NCBI GenBank assembly: GCA_043822705.1 | Contig: JBDRBK010000060.1 | Coordinates: 26,529-90,528 of the forward strand | DNA: 64,000 nucleotides | DNA from: Fidelibacterota bacterium | GTDB lineage: Bacteria > Fidelibacterota > Marinisomatia > Marinisomatales > TCS56 | Reading direction: 5' to 3' | Made by a program: the position numbers and the translations under genes | Notes under the pieces: model-generated | Databases searched by the model: none | The model's input: only the letters and a program-made list of their open reading frames with translations | What the model was told of the DNA's origin: nothing | Shown: positions 48,774-58,939 of the stretch, one piece after another | Layout of the letters: each line of letters starts with the position of its first letter | Numbering within the stretch: position 1 is the stretch's first letter

Positions 48774-49796
48774 ATGCAGGCGATCCGGATTGAGCAACAT
48801 GGCGGACCTGAAGTACTGCGAATAGTAACACTTCCCGATCCGGTGCCGGCGACCGATCAGGTGCTGGTGAAAATCCGGGCGGCCGCTCTGAATCATCTGG
48901 ATATCTGGGTCCGGCGCGGCTTTCCCGGCATACCGCTGCCGCTTATTCCCGGCAGTGATGGCGCCGGCGAAGTGGTCGCGACCGGTTCCGCGGTAACTGC
49001 CTATAAACCGGGCGACCAGGTACTGATACAGCCGGTGGTTTATTGCGGACAGTGCCGATTTTGCCGTCGCGGCCGGGAAAATTTTTGCCGGGAATTCGGT
49101 ATCTTTGGCGAGACTCGCGACGGAACTAACTGTGAATATTTGCTGGCGGGGGAACGGAACCTGCGACCGATGCCCTCTGGACTTAGCCATATTGAAGCAG
49201 CGGCCCTGCCGCTGGCCGCCATGACGGCCTATACCATGCTGATCCGCCGGGCTCGGCTGGAGGTCGAAGATACGGTGCTGATCTGGGGCGCCGGGTCGGG
49301 TATCGGTCATCTGGCGGTACAGATCGCCAAATGGAAGGGCTGCCGCGTCATCGCCACCGCCGGCGGTCCGGCGAAGCTGGAAAAGACCCGCCAACTGGGG
49401 GCGGATGTTGTCATCGACCATTACCAGGAAGATGTGGCGGCGATCGTCCGACGGGAAACCGACCGGCAGGGAGTCGACGTCGTATTCGAACACGTAGGGG
49501 CCGCCACTTGGGACACCAGCCTGAAAGTGCTGGCCAAAGGAGGTCGGCTCGTGATCTGCGGCGCTACCACGGGAGCACGCGTCAGCCTCGACCTGCGGCA
49601 CCTGTTTTACAAGCAGCAATCGCTGTTAGGGTCGACCATGGGCGATGCGGCCGGATTCGATGAAATCCTTTCGCTGGCGCAAGCCGGCACGATCCGGGCC
49701 GTGGTCGACCGGGTATTCCCCTGGACGGAAACAGCGGAGGCCCATGCCTATTTGGAAGCGGGCGGGCAGTTTGGTAAAATCGTATTGGAATTTTAA
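48774..49796 (+). CDS. Zinc-binding MDR-family dehydrogenase
   Basis: NHLD, GSDGAG, CGQCRFC...C, GAGSGIG and GKIVL motifs. Confidence 0.9.
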   Translation: MQAIRIEQHGGPEVLRIVTLPDPVPATDQVLVKIRAAALNHLDIWVRRGFPGIPLPLIPGSDGAGEVVATGSAVTAYKPGDQVLIQPVVYCGQCRFCRRGRENFCREFGIFGETRDGTNCEYLLAGERNLRPMPSGLSHIEAAALPLAAMTAYTMLIRRARLEVEDTVLIWGAGSGIGHLAVQIAKWKGCRVIATAGGPAKLEKTRQLGADVVIDHYQEDVAAIVRRETDRQGVDVVFEHVGAATWDTSLKVLAKGGRLVICGATTGARVSLDLRHLFYKQQSLLGSTMGDAAGFDEILSLAQAGTIRAVVDRVFPWTETAEAHAYLEAGGQFGKIVLEF

Positions 49797-49854
49797 ACGC
49801 TTTCGATCAGATTATTTGAAACAAATCAGCGAAATACGGATTTTCAATAGCATT

Positions 49855-50430
49855 ATGAGAAAATTACTAATTATCCTGACCTTTTCCACTCTTGCCTGGG
49901 CGGCTGACCCGGTGTCCGAAACCGGCGCCGGATTCAGCTCCGGCATGCGCGGCAGCGGCTTCCACGGCCAGTTCGCACGAATTCAGAGCGATGCTTTTCA
50001 CTGGTTGCTGGAAACGCGCTTTTTCGATTTGAAAGGGAAAAACGAAGTCATTACCTATGACTATTATTATCAACCGACCACGACCGGCGGCATCAGCCTG
50101 ATAATGCTGACCGCTGAGGCCGGTGCCCGTTATTTTCCGTTTGCCGGTAAGATAGCCAATAATTTTGCGCCCTTTGTGACCATCATGGCGGGGCCGAACC
50201 TGGTGCTCGACGCACCGGAAAGCGGTGCCTTTCTACAGCGCTGGCAGGCGGCGCAACCCACCCTGGCGCTGGCCGGTTACATCGGCGTCGGCTTGTCTTT
50301 TTATCCGTCGCCCCGCACCGTTTTCGGGATCGGCGCCGGTTATGATTTTCTGCTGTTACCGAAGGTAGTCGACGGCACCGACAATTACAGCGGTCTGGTG
50401 CTGAAGTTCAGTTACAGCCGCCAAAAATAA
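49855..50430 (+). CDS. Exported small beta-barrel-like hypothetical protein
   Basis: ATG at 49855 with signal MRKLLIILTFSTLAWA. Alternating aromatic strands. Confidence 0.65.
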   Translation: MRKLLIILTFSTLAWAADPVSETGAGFSSGMRGSGFHGQFARIQSDAFHWLLETRFFDLKGKNEVITYDYYYQPTTTGGISLIMLTAEAGARYFPFAGKIANNFAPFVTIMAGPNLVLDAPESGAFLQRWQAAQPTLALAGYIGVGLSFYPSPRTVFGIGAGYDFLLLPKVVDGTDNYSGLVLKFSYSRQK

Positions 50431-51170
50431 TGGGCGACCACCACTATTTTCTGGTGGACCCGCAGAGCGTCCGGCAGGGAGCTTTTACGCTGGACCAGGC
50501 CGAAACCCGGCATTTGCGACAGGTTCTGCGCCTCCAAACGGGCGCGGAAATCTGGTTGACTGACGGCCAGGGGATGATGTATTCGGCGATCGTCGAACGG
50601 TTTGCCGGTTCCGTCGCCCAGGGGCGGATAACCGGTATTTTTCCCGCGGCCGGTGAGCTGTCGCTGCCGATTGAACTGGCGGCCGGCCTGATCCGCCGCG
50701 AGAAATTCGAGCTGCTGGTCGAGAAGGCGGTCGAACTGGGCATAGCGGCGATCCGGCCGCTGATCCTGGACCGCTGCATCAAGCGGTCACTGAACCAGGA
50801 ACGAATCCGCAAGTTGATCATCGCCGCCGCCAAACAGTGCGGCCGCAGCCGGGTTGCGACACTGCACGAACCACAACCATTTGAAAACTGGCTGGCGGAG
50901 ACCGCCGACAACGTCCGGTTGATCTGTCACCCTTCCGGTGATCGAACCATTTCCGACTGGTTCGCCGCCGATGGACTGACCGCTGGGCGCATCATGGTTT
51001 TAATCGGCCCCGAAGGCGATTTTTCGGAGCGGGAATTGACGACGGCAATAGCAGGGGGCTGCATTCCGGTGACTTTAGGCGACCGGCGGCTGCGCTCGGA
51101 AACGGCTGCCCTGACGGCCCTGGCGATACTGAGTGAATGTATTCAGAGGAAAGGAATCGGTAATGAGTAA
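50430..51170 (+). CDS. rsmE: 16S rRNA m3U1498 methyltransferase
   Basis: HLRQVLR, EKAVELG, AAKQCGR, IGPEGDF and LRSETA motifs. Confidence 0.93.
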   Translation: MGDHHYFLVDPQSVRQGAFTLDQAETRHLRQVLRLQTGAEIWLTDGQGMMYSAIVERFAGSVAQGRITGIFPAAGELSLPIELAAGLIRREKFELLVEKAVELGIAAIRPLILDRCIKRSLNQERIRKLIIAAAKQCGRSRVATLHEPQPFENWLAETADNVRLICHPSGDRTISDWFAADGLTAGRIMVLIGPEGDFSERELTTAIAGGCIPVTLGDRRLRSETAALTALAILSECIQRKGIGNE

Positions 51171-51507
51171 TTGTCTGTTCTGCAAAATCCGCGATCATGA
51201 AATTCCAGCGGAAATCATTTATGAAAATGAATACGTAATGGCCTTCAATGATATCAACCCGCAGGCTCCGGTCCATATCCTGATCATTCCCAAGGAACAC
51301 CTGCCGACTGTCAACGATATCACCGCCGCTAATATGGATCTGCTCGGTGAAATGTATCTGGCGGCCCAGGCGCTGGCCGCAAAGAAAGGTATCGCAGAAA
51401 GCGGTTACCGGACGGTAATCAACTGCAACGACGATGCAGGCCAAGTCGTGTTCCATCTGCACATGCACCTGATCGGTGGCCGCGGTCTGGGCTGGCCGCC
51501 GGGATAA
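51163..51507 (+). CDS. HIT-family nucleotide-binding protein
   Basis: CLFCKI, DINPQAPVH, HLHMH and WPPG motifs. Confidence 0.94.
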   Translation: MSNCLFCKIRDHEIPAEIIYENEYVMAFNDINPQAPVHILIIPKEHLPTVNDITAANMDLLGEMYLAAQALAAKKGIAESGYRTVINCNDDAGQVVFHLHMHLIGGRGLGWPPG

Positions 51508-51587
51508 TTCAAACAGGCGCATATTAAAAATTAACCTAAAAGGATTCGTTGCACCGCACAAACGCATAAAACGACTATTCACCTAAG

Positions 51588-54500
51588 ATGTATATATCCG
51601 AATTGAAAATCCAGGGATTCAAGACATTTGTTAAAAAGACTTCGCTGACCTTTGGTGAGGGCATCACCACGGTGGTCGGACCAAATGGTTGCGGCAAGAC
51701 CAATATCGTTGATGCGATCCGCTGGGTGCTTGGTGAACAGAAGACCAGCGTGTTGCGGGGCGGGAAATTGGAAGATGTGATTTTTAACGGGGCGGAAGGC
51801 CTGAAGCCGCTGAGTATGTGCGAGGTTTCTTTGACCGTGCATAACAACAAGGGCAAACTGCCGATTGAATATAACGACGTGGAAATCACCCGTCGCGCCT
51901 TCCGTGACGGCGAAAGCGAATATTTCATTAACCGCACCTTATGCCGGCTCAAGGATATTCATGACCTGTTCATGGATACCGGCATGGGCGCCGACGCTTA
52001 CTCAGTAATCGAACTGGGGATGATCGAAAGCATCCTGTCCGAAACCCGCGACGACCGTAAACACATGTTCGAAGAGGCGGCCGGGATCAACAAGTACAAA
52101 CTGGAACGGCGCTCGGCACTGCGCAAATTCGATGCCGTGCGGGCGGACCTGGAACGGATCAACGATATTGTCGGCGAGGTCGAATCCAAGGTTCATAATC
52201 TGGCATTGCAGTTGAAGCGGTTTAAGCGGCACGCCGGCCTGGTCGAAAAATTGCGGGAAAAGGACCTGGCGTTGGCCTTTCTGCGCATCGATTATTACAA
52301 AGGACAGGCTTTACCGCTGGAACAGCGGATCGCCGAATTAAAGCATTTGCGGGAATCCACCGTGACCAGCGGTAACCGGCAGGATCAGGAGCTGCAGCGG
52401 TTAAAGGAAATGTACCGGACCCAGCGCGAAGAGCTGGATGGAATTAAAGGCCGCCTGGCCGAGGCCGAAAGCGAGCGCGAGGAAACCCGCAACGGTATTC
52501 TGGTACGCACGGAACAGCAGCGTGCCGCGGGCGACAGTATTACCCGGCTGGAAAACGAGACGACCAATATCATCGCCAAACAGGATGAGCTGCGCCGATC
52601 AGTCGCGAACTTCACGGAAAACGTCCTGGAAATCGATCCGCAGATTGAAGAAAAACTGGAATTGTACCAGCAGAAGAAGGCGGAATTCGAACAGGCCGAA
52701 GACCAGTATAAAAATTCCCGGGAAAAAGTACGGGAGTTGCAGGCGGAACGCTGGCAGCACCAGCAAAAAGCCAGTGAACAGAATTCCCTGCTACAGCGTA
52801 CCGAACAGATGCTGGCCGATTTCAGCCAGCGCCGGCAAAAAATCACCGACCGCCGGGAAGAACTGCTTCACCTGCAAACCGCCGACAAGGATGTCCGGAA
52901 TGGCCTGGAGGCCAGCCAGCACGACCTGCAGGCGCAACTGGCTCGGAGACAGGCTGCTTTTGAGCAAGAGGAACTGGCCTTAAACCAGTACCGTGAGCGC
53001 CGGCAGGAACTGGAACAAAATCGCCAGTCGGCCCGCAACCGGTTGGAGACATCGGATTCGCAACTGCGCTTCTACCAGGAACTGATTGAAAAGAGTGAGG
53101 GCTATCCGGCCGGCGTTCGGCAGGTGCTGGCTCGGCGTCAGGATTATCCCGGTGTGCTGGGCAGTCTGAGCGAACTGATTTCCGTCCCCGATGAATATGG
53201 TTCCGCGCTGGAAAATGCCCTGGGTCCCCTGGCCTATTGCCTGGTGGCCGAGGATCGTGCCAGCGCCTTGGAAGTATTAAACCTGGCCGGGAAAAACAAG
53301 GCCGGACATCTGACGATTCTGCCGTTGCAGGAAATTGCCGCGCTGCCGGCCCGCGACCGAGCTACACCGGCAGCTGGTCAGCCGCTGGTACGGGCGCTTG
53401 ACCTGGTGATGGCCACCGAGCAAATCCAGCCGCTGGTCCGCTACCTGTTGGGCGACCTGTTGCTGGTTACCGATCTGGCGGCAGCCCTCCAGGATCGTGC
53501 CCTGGCCGGTTGGGACCTGCTGGATCGTGAAGGGCGTTTTGCCGGATCGAATCAGATTTTGAAAAATTCGACCTCCGCGGCTGGTTCCGGTGTAATCGGC
53601 CGCCGGCAGAAAATCACCGATTTGGAGCAGCAAATTGCCCAGACCAACGAGGATCTGGAGCGTCAGACCAGAGAACTGCAGGAACTGGACACGCTGCTGG
53701 AAAAACATCAGCGATCGGTTGGGATCATCCGGGCCAATATCGTCAGTCTGTCTGAACAGGCATCGACTGCTGAAAACCAGTTGATCCGTAACCAGTACCG
53801 CCAGTCCCAGACCGATGAGGCGCTGACCGGTATCAAGCAGGAAATCGATGAACTGACGGCGCAAATCCTCGCGTCCGAGGCAGCCCTGACCGGCTTACAA
53901 CCAGCGGTGGCGGCTTTCACCGGCGAACTGGCGGATATCGACCAGAAGATTACCGCCGCCAACGAGCAATCGGACCGGGGTCGTCTGAACCGTGACAACC
54001 TGAGCCGGCAGGTTCAGGATCTGCGGATTGAAACCATGGGTCTGGAGAACCAGCGCGAGAAGCTTCTCTTCCAGAAACGCACGGCCGACGAGACAATCGC
54101 CGAATTGGACAATCGTCAGGTCGCAATAAAGGCCGAAATCGAATCGCTGCAGCAGCAGCGGGAAACGTTGTCCGCCGAGATGGCCAGCGCCGAAAAGGCA
54201 CTGGAATCGATCAATTCCAGGATCAAGCAGCAGCGCTCGGTGCTGGATCTGAAACAGACTGTTTTTGACGAAACCTACCAGTCGATTGACGACCTGGAAG
54301 CGCGGATGCGGGCGGAGCAGAAGGACCGTGAAGCATTATTGGAGGAACTGCGCGATTGTGAAGTCCGGGGAGCGCGTTATCGGGAGCAGATTCGTACGAT
54401 CCGGGAACGGATCGAAGAAAAATACCGCACCGTTGTTCCGGATGGCTTAATTGTGGATGAAAGTGAAGAGGAACTGGTCCGGGAAATCGACCGGTTGCAA

Positions 54501-55112
54501 CATGGGATCGATGCCATCGGACCGATCAATATGGCGGTTCAGGCCGAGCACACCGAAGAAGAAGAACGGCTGCAGATTATCTGCGCGCAACGCGCTGACC
54601 TGATCGCATCGGAAGAAAATCTGCGCGAAACGATTAAGAAAATCGACCGCGTCGCCCGCAAGCGCTTTCTGGACACCTTTACCCAGATCAAGTCCAATTT
54701 TGAGCGGATGTTTGCCATGTTTTTCGAAGGTGGTGAAGGCACACTATCGCTGGCTGGTGATCCCGATCCGCTGGAAGCCGATATCGCCATCTTCGCCCAG
54801 CCGCCGGGCAAGCGCAACCAGTCGCTGCGGGTTTTATCGGCGGGTGAAAAAGCGCTCACGGCGATCGCCCTGTTGTTCTCGATCTACCAGGTCAAGCCCA
54901 GCCCCTATTGCATCCTGGATGAAGTCGATGCACCGCTGGACGATGTGAATATCCGTAAATTCACGCGGGTGCTGCACAAATTCAGCGATGAGACCCAGTT
55001 CATCGTTGTGACCCATAATAAGCTGACGATGGAGGCGGCTAATTACCTGTATGGGGTGACGATGGAGCGCAAAGGCGTTTCGAAACTGGTGTCGGTGAAA
55101 TTCGAAGACTGA
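51588..55112 (+). CDS. smc: Chromosome segregation protein SMC
   Basis: GPNGCGKTN, long coiled coils, hinge, then LSAGEK, LDEVDAPLD and VTHN motifs. Confidence 0.96.
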   Translation: MYISELKIQGFKTFVKKTSLTFGEGITTVVGPNGCGKTNIVDAIRWVLGEQKTSVLRGGKLEDVIFNGAEGLKPLSMCEVSLTVHNNKGKLPIEYNDVEITRRAFRDGESEYFINRTLCRLKDIHDLFMDTGMGADAYSVIELGMIESILSETRDDRKHMFEEAAGINKYKLERRSALRKFDAVRADLERINDIVGEVESKVHNLALQLKRFKRHAGLVEKLREKDLALAFLRIDYYKGQALPLEQRIAELKHLRESTVTSGNRQDQELQRLKEMYRTQREELDGIKGRLAEAESEREETRNGILVRTEQQRAAGDSITRLENETTNIIAKQDELRRSVANFTENVLEIDPQIEEKLELYQQKKAEFEQAEDQYKNSREKVRELQAERWQHQQKASEQNSLLQRTEQMLADFSQRRQKITDRREELLHLQTADKDVRNGLEASQHDLQAQLARRQAAFEQEELALNQYRERRQELEQNRQSARNRLETSDSQLRFYQELIEKSEGYPAGVRQVLARRQDYPGVLGSLSELISVPDEYGSALENALGPLAYCLVAEDRASALEVLNLAGKNKAGHLTILPLQEIAALPARDRATPAAGQPLVRALDLVMATEQIQPLVRYLLGDLLLVTDLAAALQDRALAGWDLLDREGRFAGSNQILKNSTSAAGSGVIGRRQKITDLEQQIAQTNEDLERQTRELQELDTLLEKHQRSVGIIRANIVSLSEQASTAENQLIRNQYRQSQTDEALTGIKQEIDELTAQILASEAALTGLQPAVAAFTGELADIDQKITAANEQSDRGRLNRDNLSRQVQDLRIETMGLENQREKLLFQKRTADETIAELDNRQVAIKAEIESLQQQRETLSAEMASAEKALESINSRIKQQRSVLDLKQTVFDETYQSIDDLEARMRAEQKDREALLEELRDCEVRGARYREQIRTIRERIEEKYRTVVPDGLIVDESEEELVREIDRLQHGIDAIGPINMAVQAEHTEEEERLQIICAQRADLIASEENLRETIKKIDRVARKRFLDTFTQIKSNFERMFAMFFEGGEGTLSLAGDPDPLEADIAIFAQPPGKRNQSLRVLSAGEKALTAIALLFSIYQVKPSPYCILDEVDAPLDDVNIRKFTRVLHKFSDETQFIVVTHNKLTMEAANYLYGVTMERKGVSKLVSVKFED

Positions 55113-55287
55113 TTAACTATAGATCGCTAAATCTGCCGTTTTTGCTGGCAAATTACTGCACTATACGCGTGAAAACGGAATTGAACTTATCCGTTAAGAT
55201 GGTGATTTCGACACCAGGGAAAACGATTTTGGATAAAATCAAAAGATAAAGGAACAGGCGGGAGTGTATAACTATAAGTTATTAATC

Positions 55288-55316
55288 TTGCTATCTTTTG
55301 AGGCATTAGCTATATT
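55288..55316 (+). promoter_or_regulatory. Candidate Pc-like promoter facing the cassette array
   Basis: TTGCTA-N17-TATATT, the same -10 as other promoters in the window. Confidence 0.45.
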
Positions 55317-55656
55317 CACGCACAACTGCTGCGACATATCGTACATACTGTTATTATTCACCAATCCTGCTGTTCAATTCCGCGTAACTTGTTTATCCGG
55401 CCCGCTTGGTGTTACTGAGGGGGCGGAGCTATGATAAAAAAGTAATAATGTTATGGCAATAACCATCGGATGCGTGCGGTGTTGCGAACAAAAACGGGAG
55501 TTACAGTCTCGTGTTCAGGAATTTTATCCGTCAGAGTTTGTCAACTAAAAGCTCATATCCAAGTCGGATATGCATATAATAGACCGACCGAGATACATGT
55601 AGCATTTGGAAAGGTTAGAGGGGCAAAGTACTGATAGGTGAATGGCAGAGGAGAAT

Positions 55657-56133
55657 ATGAACAATAAGACCAGCAATTTCATAAAAATAATCATCATTTT
55701 AGCTGTCGTAGTGATGATGATTAACTGTAGTTCGGAAAAGTCACAAAATATAGATCTTGTGAATCAGTACTATTTTGCGATGATGAATGGTGATTCGAGC
55801 ATTGCAGAATCGATACTCAGTAGTAGTTTCACTAAAATCAATAATGGGAATCGTGAGAAAGTTATTGGGCCCGAAGTTCTTCACAAATCAATCCGGGATC
55901 ATCAGAGTCGAAATTCTGAATATGCTTATATCTTAGAAGAGATTTTCTCAGATAAGCAATTTGTTGCTGTACGCTGGCGATGGAAGTCTATTAACATCAA
56001 AACAGGGACCCCCAGAGAAATGGATATCCCCGGCTTGGCTATTTTCCGAATTGACTCCGGAAAAATTGCTACTCAATGGCAAAGTTTTGATATGGTGATG
56101 TTCGAAAAGCAACTTGCTGGTGATGACAAATAA
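55657..56133 (+). CDS. Cassette 1: SnoaL/ester-cyclase (NTF2-like) protein, probable lipoprotein
   Basis: Signal ending MINC. VAVRW and GLAIFRIDSGKI..W...D motifs. Confidence 0.8.
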   Translation: MNNKTSNFIKIIIILAVVVMMINCSSEKSQNIDLVNQYYFAMMNGDSSIAESILSSSFTKINNGNREKVIGPEVLHKSIRDHQSRNSEYAYILEEIFSDKQFVAVRWRWKSINIKTGTPREMDIPGLAIFRIDSGKIATQWQSFDMVMFEKQLAGDDK

Positions 56134-56203
56134 TCAGTGTTGTGTAGTTTTCGGATATTGAATTATCGATTTGATAATGAGATAAATTTGATGTTAAAAA
56201 GCG

Positions 56204-56328
56204 GTCTAACAAATGCTTAGAGCTGATCCACACGAGGGGTAGTGCAAAACGAAAATTATGTGGATGGATTCAATTATCGAATATGGCGAATCTGTATTGG
56301 GATGCAGCTCAAGCCTATAGCGTTAGCC
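56204..56328 (+). repeat. attC site 1 (125 bp)
   Basis: GTCTAAC ... GCTTaGAGCTG / CAGCTCAAGC ... GTTAGCC, with one extrahelical base. Confidence 0.9.
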
Positions 56329-56378
56329 AGCAAATATTTTTAATTGAAATTAAAGATTTATCAAAAATGAGATGAGAA

Positions 56379-56981
56379 ATGTTAAATTATAAAAACAGAT
56401 TCATTTTAATTATTTCAGCATTGATTTTTTCTTTATCATGCAGTGATGATCCTACATCTTCAACGAATATGACTCATGAAACCGGTACTTTTACTGATAT
56501 AGACGGCAATGCTTACCAAACTATAAAGATTGGCAATCAGTGGTGGATGGCTGAAAATTGGAAAACAACTCATGCAACAGATGGATTAATTTTGACAGGG
56601 ATTTTCGCTTATAATGATAATGAAAATAACGTAGGTGAATATGGCCGACTTTATACTTGGCAAGCAGCATTAGATGCTGAACCAGAAGGCTGGCATCTTC
56701 CAAGTACAGAAGAGTGGAATATTTTAGAAGCTTCACTGGGATCAGATGCCGGTGCAAAATTAAAGGTAGATGGAAACAGCGGATTTAGTGCCAAATTAGG
56801 AGGAAGTAGAAACTATGATGGCGGATATGCTGGTATTGATTATTGGGGGATGTATTGGACTTCCACAGTCTATACTAACGATCATTCATATATTATAAAT
56901 TTGTTTTCTGACAGGCCTGATATAGTCCAATCAGGATTAGGTATTATCGCGGCTATTTCTGTTCGATATGTTAAAGATTAA
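56379..56981 (+). CDS. Cassette 2: FISUMP (Fibrobacter succinogenes major paralogous domain) lipoprotein
   Basis: SLSC lipobox. DIDGNAYQTIKIGNQWWMAEN, YGRLYTW, PEGWHLPS..EW and SVRYVKD motifs. Confidence 0.88.
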   Translation: MLNYKNRFILIISALIFSLSCSDDPTSSTNMTHETGTFTDIDGNAYQTIKIGNQWWMAENWKTTHATDGLILTGIFAYNDNENNVGEYGRLYTWQAALDAEPEGWHLPSTEEWNILEASLGSDAGAKLKVDGNSGFSAKLGGSRNYDGGYAGIDYWGMYWTSTVYTNDHSYIINLFSDRPDIVQSGLGIIAAISVRYVKD

Positions 56982-56992
56982 TAAGAACAACA

Positions 56993-57098
56993 GGCTAACA
57001 CGCGTATGGAGCCAACCGGATCAGCTGTCCGGGTCTCCGAGAAGTGTGTTGGTAAATGTTAATAAAATGGCCGGCGGCTCATACGCCAGCCGTTAGGC
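56993..57098 (+). repeat. attC site 2 (106 bp)
   Basis: GGCTAAC ... GCGTATGgAGCC / GGCTCATACGC ... GTTAGGC. Confidence 0.9.
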
Positions 57099-57131
57099 AT
57101 TTTAAGAAAACAACAATTATTAGTTACTCAA

Positions 57132-57446
57132 ATGAAATACAACCACTTCGGTATCCCAACAAGCTCTTGTTTTGAGGATGAAATCGATTTGCCTAATCTC
57201 AAGATGACTGTGTCTGATCATGAGAATAATCCATACGGGATTCAATGGCAAAGATATTGGGAAAATGCCCCCTATCCTGATCTTGTCAAGTCTGTTCCAC
57301 ATGTTGCGTTTGAAGTTGATGATTTACAAAAAGAATTGAGTGGTAAAAAGATCATTATCAAACCTAATAGTCCGAGCGATGGTTTGTTGGTCGCATTCAT
57401 AGAAGTTAATGGTGTGCCAATTGAACTAATGCAATATACAAAATGA
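57132..57446 (+). CDS. Cassette 3: VOC/glyoxalase-like protein
   Basis: HFGIPT, PHVAFEVDDL and G.PIEL motifs. Confidence 0.8.
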   Translation: MKYNHFGIPTSSCFEDEIDLPNLKMTVSDHENNPYGIQWQRYWENAPYPDLVKSVPHVAFEVDDLQKELSGKKIIIKPNSPSDGLLVAFIEVNGVPIELMQYTK

Positions 57447-57477
57447 TTTGAGTAAACTGTGGTCTTTCGCGAAAAAT

Positions 57478-57608
57478 GCTTAACAACCACTGCATCGGAC
57501 GCAAATAGCGGGCTTTTAATTTGCCAAAATGAAGATTTTTAAACAGGAATTGATAATAGACCAACTAACGCCTGGCCAAGTTGCGCCCGGTGAGTTAGAT
57601 CGTTATAC
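57478..57608 (+). repeat. attC site 3 (131 bp)
   Basis: GCTTAAC ... ACTgCATCGGACGCAA / TTGCGCCCGGTGAGT ... GTTATAC. Confidence 0.87.
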
Positions 57609-57663
57609 CCACGAAATAGTCAAATTTAAAATGATGAAAAATAACCTAAAGAGGAAATTAACG

Positions 57664-58296
57664 ATGTATTATTCAAGAATAACAATGATCATTTTATTAT
57701 CAGTATTTATGGGATGTTCGGATAATTCTGTAAATAGTGACAATCAAAGTGACAATCAAATTGATGTCATTGGGGATGAAACGTTTGAAAATGGAATTTT
57801 AACCGATGTGGAAGGTAATACGTATTCAACTATTCAAATCGGGGACCAGCTATGGACTGCTGAAAACTGGGAATGCACACACTCTACTGATGGCAATATT
57901 CTTGATGGTGTTCACCCATATGATCGTAACGATACCTACATTGAAGAGTATGGAAGATTATACACATGGGAAGCTGCTAATGATGCTTGTCCCTCCGGAT
58001 GGCATTTACCGAGTAATAATGAATGGCAGGTGCTGATTAATGCGGTCGGTTCAAGTCCCGCCGATAAATTAAGAGAGGGAGGGAGTTCGGGATTAGACAT
58101 TAAATTGGGTGGTCGCCGAACAGAAAGCGGCAGTTATGGCTACGTGGGACAAGTCGGAATATATTGGACGGCCGATCAATCAGATGCAACTCATGTTACA
58201 GTAAAATTGTTTGCTTTAGGCGAGATAAATGTTATAACAGATAACACGCCAAGGGCTGGTGAATTATCTGTAAGATACATCAAAGATAGTAATTAG
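57664..58296 (+). CDS. Cassette 4: FISUMP lipoprotein (paralog of cassette 2)
   Basis: ATG at 57664 after GAGG, FMGC lipobox. DVEGNTYSTIQIGDQLWTAEN, YGRLYTW and CPSGWHLPS motifs. Confidence 0.88.
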   Translation: MYYSRITMIILLSVFMGCSDNSVNSDNQSDNQIDVIGDETFENGILTDVEGNTYSTIQIGDQLWTAENWECTHSTDGNILDGVHPYDRNDTYIEEYGRLYTWEAANDACPSGWHLPSNNEWQVLINAVGSSPADKLREGGSSGLDIKLGGRRTESGSYGYVGQVGIYWTADQSDATHVTVKLFALGEINVITDNTPRAGELSVRYIKDSN

Positions 58297-58372
58297 GTTT
58301 TTTAGAATGACAGCAGTATGTAAGGAAAGTCAAACAAGTTTTAAGGCATGTATCTTAATTAAGTAAGGGTAG

Positions 58373-58502
58373 GTATAACAATAGTATCAAACCGACAAAA
58401 AACGCGTGCGTTTTTTGTCAGGGAATTGAAACTCGGTGAAGTTCGGTGGTTGGTAAAAGTGACTTGCCGTCACCTTTTTGCAGGTTATACTCACCGTTAT
58501 AT
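58373..58502 (+). repeat. attC site 4 (130 bp)
   Basis: GTATAAC ... AGTATcAAACCGACAAAAA / TTTTTGCAGGTTATACT ... GTTATAT. Confidence 0.85.
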
Positions 58503-58705
58503 GTGAGGTTTTTATTCAATATTTGAAAGGATAAGTTGTAATGACCAGTAAAACAAAAATCAGAATGGGCTTCACTAAAGCTCTTCTTTATTTTAGGCAG
58601 TGTAATGTTGAGTTATTGGCGATGCCATACTAATGAGTAGTGCTCAGCAGATAGAAATGATGTTATATTATAATGCTAAATTAATAAGGAATTGAGAGGT
58701 CAAAT

Positions 58706-58900
58706 ATGGGAACACAAGTGAACCATTTTTGGACAAATATAGCAGTTGGTGTGCTTGGTCTGTTTGTGGGGATTGATAATCTCTTGGGATGGATGAGTGA
58801 TAGTTCTTTAACACAAGAACTAGTAATTGGCAGCATATGTACAATACTTGCTACTACTTGGCTTGTTTATGTATTCGTTAAAAGAAACAAAGAGAGTTAA
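58706..58900 (+). CDS. Cassette 5: small two-TM hypothetical protein (64 aa)
   Basis: GAGG RBS, two hydrophobic helices and a basic tail. Confidence 0.65.
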   Translation: MGTQVNHFWTNIAVGVLGLFVGIDNLLGWMSDSSLTQELVIGSICTILATTWLVYVFVKRNKES

Positions 58901-58939
58901 TAATATACTGGATCAACTATTAGTTATTGGGAAAACTAC

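Noticed and set aside
55113..55613. Integrase (intI) gene or pseudogene
   Set aside because: No long ORF and no convincing HxLRHS or LLGH motif. The YIHAQLLRH reading near 55311 is too weak to call.
57529..57663. N-terminal extension of ORF 57529..58296 (likewise 60124..60225)
   Set aside because: These extensions run through attC sites. The downstream ATGs have an RBS and give a proper signal peptide or TM start.
56379..58296. Diversity-generating retroelement TR/VR pair in the FISUMP genes
   Set aside because: The paralogs differ at all base types rather than only at adenines, and no reverse transcriptase is present.
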